A stretch of DNA of 64,000 nucleotides from Candidatus Fermentibacterota bacterium. Lineage in GTDB: Bacteria; Fermentibacterota; Fermentibacteria; Fermentibacterales; JCC-6. Made by a program: the position numbers and the translations under genes. Below the pieces are notes generated by a model that ran no database searches, had not been told where the DNA came from, and saw only the letters and a list, made by a program, of their open reading frames with translations. The first letter of the stretch is position 1; each line of letters opens with the position of its first letter. Location: NCBI GenBank assembly GCA_963845085.1, contig CAWJQI010000001.1:64001-128000 (forward strand), written 5' to 3'. Shown here piece after piece: positions 58,085 to 64,000 of the stretch.

Positions 58085-58671
58085 CCCCGTCTGAGATGAC
58101 GCTTCTCATCCTGGCGGGCGGCGAGTCCACCAGAATGGGTACGCCCAAACACCTGCTGCCCGTTCCGGAAGGAACAATGCTCGACCGCATAATCGCCCGG
58201 ATCGGCGGCATGTTCAGTGAGGTTGTGGTGGTCGGCCGGAGCATTCAGCCTCCGGCTGAGGGCATCCTCGTCGCAGACGACATCCGAAGCGAACGGTGCC
58301 CGCTGGTCGGCATACTCTCCGGGCTCCTGGTCTCCAAGAGCGCCTTCTCATTCGTGCTCGCATGCGACATGCCGTTCGTCGAGCCCCCGATCATCGAGCT
58401 GATCGCCTCGAAGGCGGGTGCGGGAGGGGAAGTGGTGGTCCCCGTGATCAGGGGGCTCTTTGAACCGCTCTGCGCGGTGTACGGACGTTCCGTCACAGGC
58501 AGGATTACCGAATGCCTCGACGCCGGCAGGACCAAGACAACATGCTTCTACCCCCTGGTCAGCGTCGCGAAGGTTCCCGAGGCGGAGATCCGCCTGATCG
58601 ACCCCGAACTCGCCTCGTTCGTGAATCTCAACACACCCTCTGACTATCGAAGACATTGCGCCACTTCCTGA
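58081..58671 (+). CDS. mobA: Molybdenum cofactor guanylyltransferase
   Basis: ILAGGESTRMGTPK, PLVGI, ACDMPF, EPLCAVY, NLNTP. Confidence 0.93.
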   Translation: MTPSEMTLLILAGGESTRMGTPKHLLPVPEGTMLDRIIARIGGMFSEVVVVGRSIQPPAEGILVADDIRSERCPLVGILSGLLVSKSAFSFVLACDMPFVEPPIIELIASKAGAGGEVVVPVIRGLFEPLCAVYGRSVTGRITECLDAGRTKTTCFYPLVSVAKVPEAEIRLIDPELASFVNLNTPSDYRRHCATS

Positions 58672-58800
58672 ACCTTCCTTCTCAAAGGGGATGTGACGCC
58701 GCCGTGGAATGACCGCCGGGAAGCTGACACCCGGCATTTTTCGTTCTATGTTCAGCCCTTGTCCGGCATCAGAATGGGCCACACGCGCAGGAGGAACCAC

Positions 58801-60444
58801 ATGAGCGACATCCGTTGGTCTGTAAGCCCCGGGGGTGAGAAATTCCCCCTCCCCGTCCCGGAGGACTACCCGAAAGAGCTTGAACGGCTTCGCACCATCG
58901 CCGACGCCAACAGGGCGTTGGGAAGGGAGATCGTGGCCGTTGTCGGCCTTGGATTCGTGGGGGCTGTGATGGCCGCGGTGGTGGCCGACTCGACCCGGGC
59001 CGACGGCACTCCGGGAAAATTCGTTATCGGAATGCAGAGACCCAGCACAAGAAGCTATTGGAAAACCCCCCTGATGAACCGCGGCATTTCGCCGGTCACC
59101 GCCGAAGACCCCGAGGTGGCCCCGATGATCGCTCGGTGCGTTCTTGACAAAAAAACGCTCGTCGCGACCTACACCGAGGAAGCCCTGGGGCTTGTAGACA
59201 CGGTGGTGGTCGACGTTCAGTGCGACTACCTCAAGAACCGCTTCGGGAACTGCAGGGACGGCTCCGCCGACATGGCCGCCCTCGAGGAGTCGCTCGGGGT
59301 GATAGCGCAGCACATTAGGCCGTCGGCCCTGGTTCTCATCGAGACAACGGTCCCCCCCGGAACGACCGAGCAGATCGCGTATCCGATAATGAAGAAGGTG
59401 TTCGAGAAGAGGGGCATCAACAGTGAACCCCTCCTCGCCCACAGCTACGAGAGGGTGATGCCCGGCCGCAATTACGTGGCCTCGATCAGGGATTTCTGGC
59501 GGGTTTGCAGCGGCGTGAACGCCGAGGCACGCGAACGTGTCTCGAAGTTCCTCACCGAGGTCCTCAACACGAAGGATTTCCCTCTTACGGTTCTCGACCG
59601 TCCCATCGAGTCCGAGACTGCGAAGATCATCGAGAACAGCTACCGGGCCACCATACTCGCATTCCTTGACGAATGGTCGGTTTTCGCGGAGAGAAACGGT
59701 GTCGATCTGAACAAGGTCATCAGTGCGATCAAGGTGCGGCCGACCCACTCGAACATGATCTTTCCGGGTCCCGGGATCGGCGGTTACTGCCTTCCCAAAG
59801 ACGGCGGTCTCGGCGTCTGGGCATACCGGCACATCATGGGCTTCGAGGATGACATCTTCAAGATCACGCCCATGGCGGTGGACATCAACGACACTCGCTC
59901 TCTCAGGGTTCCACAGATGGTGCGCGACGCCCTGCGGAACATGAACCGCGGCATCTCGTCCGCCGACATCCTTGTGCTCGGCGCCTCCTACCGCGAAGAC
60001 GTGGGCGACTCCCGCTACAGCGGTTCGGAGATCATCGTGCGGAAGCTCAGTGAGATGGGCGCCGACGTTAAGGTGCACGACCCCTACCTCGAACACTGGT
60101 GGGAGTTCGAGGCCCAGGATTCCTACCCGAAACCAGGCTTCAGCTGGGCGAGGTTCTTCCACAGACAGGCTCCGCTTGCAAATCTCAGGATCTCAAAGGA
60201 CCTCTGGGGGGCAATGAAGGGGGCCGATGCCATAGTGCTTGCAGTGCGCCATTCGGAGTACCTCGCCCTCGAACCTGATCAGGTCTTCGAAGCCGTGGGA
60301 AGGCCGTTCGCCGTGGTCGACTGCTTCTGTATCCTGTCCGATGCGAAGATTCGCCGTTACCTCGAGCTCGGATGCGAGGTCAAGGGCCTCGGCCGCGGCC
60401 ACATCAGACGGATGAAGGAAAGCGTGAAAACCGGGGCGCGATAG
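58801..60444 (+). CDS. Nucleotide-sugar dehydrogenase (UDP-glucose/GDP-mannose dehydrogenase family)
   Basis: GLGFVG, ETTVPPGTT, ERVMPG, KIIENSYR, PGPGIGGYCLPKD, GASYREDVGDSR. Confidence 0.92.
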   Translation: MSDIRWSVSPGGEKFPLPVPEDYPKELERLRTIADANRALGREIVAVVGLGFVGAVMAAVVADSTRADGTPGKFVIGMQRPSTRSYWKTPLMNRGISPVTAEDPEVAPMIARCVLDKKTLVATYTEEALGLVDTVVVDVQCDYLKNRFGNCRDGSADMAALEESLGVIAQHIRPSALVLIETTVPPGTTEQIAYPIMKKVFEKRGINSEPLLAHSYERVMPGRNYVASIRDFWRVCSGVNAEARERVSKFLTEVLNTKDFPLTVLDRPIESETAKIIENSYRATILAFLDEWSVFAERNGVDLNKVISAIKVRPTHSNMIFPGPGIGGYCLPKDGGLGVWAYRHIMGFEDDIFKITPMAVDINDTRSLRVPQMVRDALRNMNRGISSADILVLGASYREDVGDSRYSGSEIIVRKLSEMGADVKVHDPYLEHWWEFEAQDSYPKPGFSWARFFHRQAPLANLRISKDLWGAMKGADAIVLAVRHSEYLALEPDQVFEAVGRPFAVVDCFCILSDAKIRRYLELGCEVKGLGRGHIRRMKESVKTGAR

Positions 60445-60470
60445 CCCCGATCATCATCCCTTCTGCGGAC

Positions 60471-60502
60471 AACGGCCCTCGTCAAATGACGGGGGCCGTT
60501 TT
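60471..60502 (+). terminator. Intrinsic terminator
   Basis: AACGGCCCTCGTCA-AA-TGACGGGGGCCGTT followed by TT; lies between convergent genes. Confidence 0.7.
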
Positions 60503-60542
60503 CACAACGTTTTACTGCCGGAAATGATCCTGGGGCCTGCGG

Positions 60543-61133
60543 TCACTCCACGCTGTTGACCGCTCCGGGGGTACCCCAGCATTTGTCGTCGCCTGTGTCG
60601 GGATCGGGGCGGGGACAGTCGTAGTCAACAGACGGACCCCAGTTGAAGGCCTCGTTCGGCCCCCTGATGTCGATCTTTTCAAGCGAGGAACCGGTTCCGT
60701 CCGCGGCGCTTCTCGGGTCGCTCTCCCCCATGCCCCACTGGTCGGTGTATGACAGCATGTCCTGCATCATCCCGAAACGGTCGCTGAGGGTGATCATGTC
60801 GGATGAGTTGGCCAGCCCCGGCCACTCGCCCGTCCAGGAGACCACTGGAACCCTTGTGCCGTAGGCACCGACGAACGATTCCATGTCGGCGGGCACGACA
60901 ACCCTGGCGCCCGGCGAAAGCTCGAAGGCATCAAGCACAAGCCCGTTGCCCCGGTCGCTTACAATCATGCCGGCGAGCTGGATCGGAGCACTGGTGAGGT
61001 TGCAGAGCTCTATCCACTCGTACAGGCTGTCAGGGCCGAGGGTGGGGCCATCGGTGTTGTACATTATCTCGGTGATGACCACATCGTTCGTGGCGGACAG
61101 AACGGCAAGAGATATAAGCAGACCCGAAATCAT
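60543..61133 (-). CDS. Secreted lamin-tail-domain protein
   Basis: Signal peptide, VVITEIMYN, EWIELCN, LANSSD, GSSLE, GTPGAVNS. Confidence 0.88.
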   Translation of the reverse strand: MISGLLISLAVLSATNDVVITEIMYNTDGPTLGPDSLYEWIELCNLTSAPIQLAGMIVSDRGNGLVLDAFELSPGARVVVPADMESFVGAYGTRVPVVSWTGEWPGLANSSDMITLSDRFGMMQDMLSYTDQWGMGESDPRSAADGTGSSLEKIDIRGPNEAFNWGPSVDYDCPRPDPDTGDDKCWGTPGAVNSVE

Positions 61134-61170
61134 TCGAACCTCCGATGAACCGCAGTCCCGTTCACTGCTG

Positions 61171-61854
61171 TCAGAACTTGAGATAACTCCCTATTCTAAC
61201 ATAGGGTCCCGAAAAATCGACCGAGAAGTCTCCAGTGTGCTCCCCTTCGAGCTTCACGCTGCACCCGCGGTAACCGCCCTCGGCGCCGAAAACAAGGGGG
61301 ATGCCCAGAATACCGCCGGACTCCTGGTCTATCCGCAGGCCGGCCGTGAAACCGATCCCTGAGGCGGTTTCCGAAGACGAGGTGTTGGGGGTGTCGATGC
61401 TCCTCGTGACCATGGCAAGGGACGGACCGCCGCCCACGGAAACGGACGGGTTTCCGGTTAGCTTGTAGTACGCTGACAAATCAATATTTACGGAATTGTC
61501 ATCAATCGCCACCACTTCATCCTTCGGGTCGCCGAAGAGGAAGCCCAGCCCCCCCGTCAGTATGCCTATCAGTATGTAGCTGCCGGGATCGTAATTCTCC
61601 TCGTACGAGCCGTTGAACCTGCTGACCGAGACAGCGCCCCTCAGCCTGATGTTCCGCGATACGTCCCCCAGGGCTTCAAGACCGCCGGTCCACGCCATTC
61701 CGTCGAGTTTGACGGGCAGACCGCCCTCGGCAAGCAAATCGGCGTAGTCCTTTTCGTCGGCCATTGAGGGAAAACCGCCGTCAAACGTGAAACCAATCCT
61801 GAAAGAGCTTCCCGTCAGCGCGAGAAGCGCCATGGTCGAGATGATCCCTGTCAT
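61171..61854 (-). CDS. Outer-membrane beta-barrel-like protein
   Basis: Alternating beta strands, DFSGPYVRIG, C-terminal YLKF. Confidence 0.7.
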   Translation of the reverse strand: MTGIISTMALLALTGSSFRIGFTFDGGFPSMADEKDYADLLAEGGLPVKLDGMAWTGGLEALGDVSRNIRLRGAVSVSRFNGSYEENYDPGSYILIGILTGGLGFLFGDPKDEVVAIDDNSVNIDLSAYYKLTGNPSVSVGGGPSLAMVTRSIDTPNTSSSETASGIGFTAGLRIDQESGGILGIPLVFGAEGGYRGCSVKLEGEHTGDFSVDFSGPYVRIGSYLKF

Positions 61855-62189
61855 TGTCTGTTGACCTCCAGGATGGTTACGGAAACCCTTTCGCCCTCGA
61901 GATACACTTCCACCGTATAAAGGCCGTCGCCAGGGTATTCTCCGGAGTCATCCATCAGGTCCCACGTTACGGAGTGGTCGCCCGCGCCCTGTTCCTCCCC
62001 GGAAACAAGGGTGCGGACCGTCATCATGCAGCTGTTCTGCACAAGAATATCGACCGTGCCGGAAGCCCCCAGCGTGTAGGGGACATCGACCTGATCCTCG
62101 ACCACGATGAACGGGTACCCCGTGTCATCGCAGGAGAGGAACAGCATCGGAAGAAGCAGGCAGAGAAAGCGCACCGGGTTTCCAATCAT
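61851..62189 (-). CDS. Lipoprotein with FlgD Ig-like domain
   Basis: Lipobox FLSC; VRTLV..AGDHSVTWDLMDDSGE..DGLYTV. Confidence 0.8.
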   Translation of the reverse strand: MIGNPVRFLCLLLPMLFLSCDDTGYPFIVVEDQVDVPYTLGASGTVDILVQNSCMMTVRTLVSGEEQGAGDHSVTWDLMDDSGEYPGDGLYTVEVYLEGERVSVTILEVNRQ

Positions 62190-62294
62190 GCCTTCACCCC
62201 CATTGGCGTTCGAATCCGGATGGATTCATGTAATCGGTCATTATATACCGTTCAAGGGGCGCCAACAAGTCGTTTTCCATTGGAGGGACCCGAT

Positions 62295-63005
62295 TCAGCC
62301 GGGAATGGACGCGAGCACCGTTTCGGCGTAGAGCCTTGCGCCCCGGCTGTTGAGATGGGCGCCATCCATGGTGAGATGCAGCCCCCTCCGCTTCGAAAGG
62401 TAGTCGGCGCCGGCGTCGGGGGCTGTCACAAGGTTGTCGATGATGACCGAGGAATGCCTGTCCAGGAAATAGGGGGACGGGCTGTCAATGTTTCCGAGTT
62501 CCCGTTCAAAGGCAAACGCGACGTCGGCGAGCGCAGCGCCGTGCTTCTCCGCGAGCTTTCTTATGACATCGTTGTAGCGGTTCCTGCTCTGATTCGCCTC
62601 GCTCGAAAGATCCTCCCCGAGGCAGGCTATCGTGGCAAGAACCACCCCCACGCGTGACGGCACTCCGCCCAGCATCTCGTCGAAGGTCTTCGCAAAAGCC
62701 TCCGGCGTGGTCATGGGAACGCTTCCATGGAACTGCAGGTTCATAGCCGTCTTCTTCCATCCCCCTCCGCGGCGGTGCAGAAGGGGGATGAGAATGTCGT
62801 TCGCTCCCACCTCGACAAGAAGGATGTCCGGCAGGTGCGTGGAGAGGAGGGGGTTCATCCGCCAGCGCGCCTCGGTTACCGTGGAACCGCCCCGGCCCTC
62901 TGCGAGAAGGTCGAATCCGCAACCAAGCCGGGTCATCATCATGGGGTACCCCACACCCGGGTGCCCCGCGGTAAGACTGTCTCCGAGAAGAAGGAGCTTC
63001 TTCAT
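62295..63005 (-). CDS. SGNH/GDSL hydrolase
   Basis: GDSLT, G.GG, GAND, DGAH. Confidence 0.9.
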   Translation of the reverse strand: MKKLLLLGDSLTAGHPGVGYPMMMTRLGCGFDLLAEGRGGSTVTEARWRMNPLLSTHLPDILLVEVGANDILIPLLHRRGGGWKKTAMNLQFHGSVPMTTPEAFAKTFDEMLGGVPSRVGVVLATIACLGEDLSSEANQSRNRYNDVIRKLAEKHGAALADVAFAFERELGNIDSPSPYFLDRHSSVIIDNLVTAPDAGADYLSKRRGLHLTMDGAHLNSRGARLYAETVLASIPG

Positions 63006-63048
63006 CAATTCCCTTCCGGAACGCAGCGGCGGAAGGTGCCGGACCGCA

Positions 63049-64000
63049 TCAACTGAAGGACTTGATCGACTTGCTGATGATCCCGACACAGTCGAGGATC
63101 TGCTCCCCGGTTATGACGAGGGGCGGCGCAAACCTGATGATGTCGCCGTGGGTGGGTTTGGCCAGAAGCCCGTTGCGGGCCATCTCAAGGCAGACGTCCC
63201 ACGCTTCCATGCCCTTCACCGGCTTGATGACCACGGCGTTCAGCAGGCCTTTGCCGCGTACGGCAGAGATCATCGGCGAATCGATGGCCCTGAGTTCCCT
63301 GCGAAGAACCTCGCCGAGCTTTTCAGCCCTTTCGGCGAGCTTCTCCTCGCGAACAACCTCCAGCGCGGCGATGGCAACCCTCGCTCCGACAGGGTTGCCG
63401 CCAAAGGTCGAACCATGCTGTCCGGGTTTGATCACGAGCATGATCTCGTCATCTGCGAGAACCGCGGACACCGGGTACATCCCCCCGCTGATTGCTTTCC
63501 CGAGGATCAGGATGTCGGGCCTTACATTCTCATGATCGCAGGCGAGCAGCCTGCCGGTGCGGGCGATGCCGGTCTGGACCTCGTCCGCTATGAAGAGAAC
63601 GTTCTTCCGCCTGCACAGCTCGGCGGCACCCCTGAGAAAGCCCTCATCGGGAACGAAAACGCCAGCCTCGCCCTGTATGGGTTCGACGAGAAAGCCCCCG
63701 ACCTCGGGGTCGAGGAGTGCCTCCTCGAGGGCGGAAAGATCGTTGTAGGGTATCCTCACGAAGCCGGGCGTGAAGGGGCCATAGTCGCCGTAGCCGTCAG
63801 GGTCGCTGCTGAATGAGACGATTGTTGTGGTCCGGCCGTGGAAGTTGTTCTCGCACACAATGATCTTTGCACGGTTCTCGGCAATGCCCTTGACCCTGTA
63901 CGACCACTTGCGGCAGAGCTTGATGGCGGTCTCGACGGCTTCGGCGCCGGTGTTCATGGGAAGCACCCTTGAGTAGCCGAAGTACTCCGTGACGTACTTC
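63049..64000 (-). CDS. rocD: Ornithine--oxo-acid aminotransferase (5' end outside the window)
   Basis: [63 protein letters not shown]. Confidence 0.95.
   Translation of the reverse strand, partial: KYVTEYFGYSRVLPMNTGAEAVETAIKLCRKWSYRVKGIAENRAKIIVCENNFHGRTTTIVSFSSDPDGYGDYGPFTPGFVRIPYNDLSALEEALLDPEVGGFLVEPIQGEAGVFVPDEGFLRGAAELCRRKNVLFIADEVQTGIARTGRLLACDHENVRPDILILGKAISGGMYPVSAVLADDEIMLVIKPGQHGSTFGGNPVGARVAIAALEVVREEKLAERAEKLGEVLRRELRAIDSPMISAVRGKGLLNAVVIKPVKGMEAWDVCLEMARNGLLAKPTHGDIIRFAPPLVITGEQILDCVGIISKSIKSFS

Overview
High-GC bacterial window from a diderm anaerobe. Many lipoproteins, a TonB-dependent receptor and several proteins with T9SS/FlgD-type C-terminal domains suggest an FCB-group fermenter such as Fermentibacterota (inference). 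Contents in order: perR-katA-peroxiredoxin operon; three GT4 glycosyltransferases plus a flippase; a TBDR; a tandemly duplicated divergent module (S41-like lipoprotein / beta-propeller lipoprotein) plus ABC exporter; signalling genes; two tandem RRM genes with a conserved leader; FetAB; MBL-rhodanese; a GGDEF-STAND-TPR protein; an FG-GAP secreted protein; an amino-acid-fermentation block (M18 aminopeptidase, CoA-activase, two orphan PEP/pyruvate-binding proteins, metallophosphoesterase, glutamate dehydrogenase); an alkaline-phosphatase-superfamily operon; an NAD-linked formate dehydrogenase operon; a nucleotide-sugar dehydrogenase; and rocD. No rRNA, tRNA, CRISPR array or mobile element was seen. 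Top observations: (1) a secreted FG-GAP/T9SS protein with an in-frame UGA (G-U-C motif) followed by an E. coli-like SECIS hairpin, i.e. a probable extracellular selenoprotein that the ORF track misses; (2) a PPDK_N pair + nucleotidyltransferase + phosphoesterase beside gdh, a possible covalent regulatory system; (3) duplicated S41 lipoproteins that both lack the catalytic Ser; (4) a conserved promoter-hairpin-hairpin-U6 leader before both RRM genes. Four single-base frameshifts (katA, FG-GAP gene x2, OFA transporter) are probably long-read errors.
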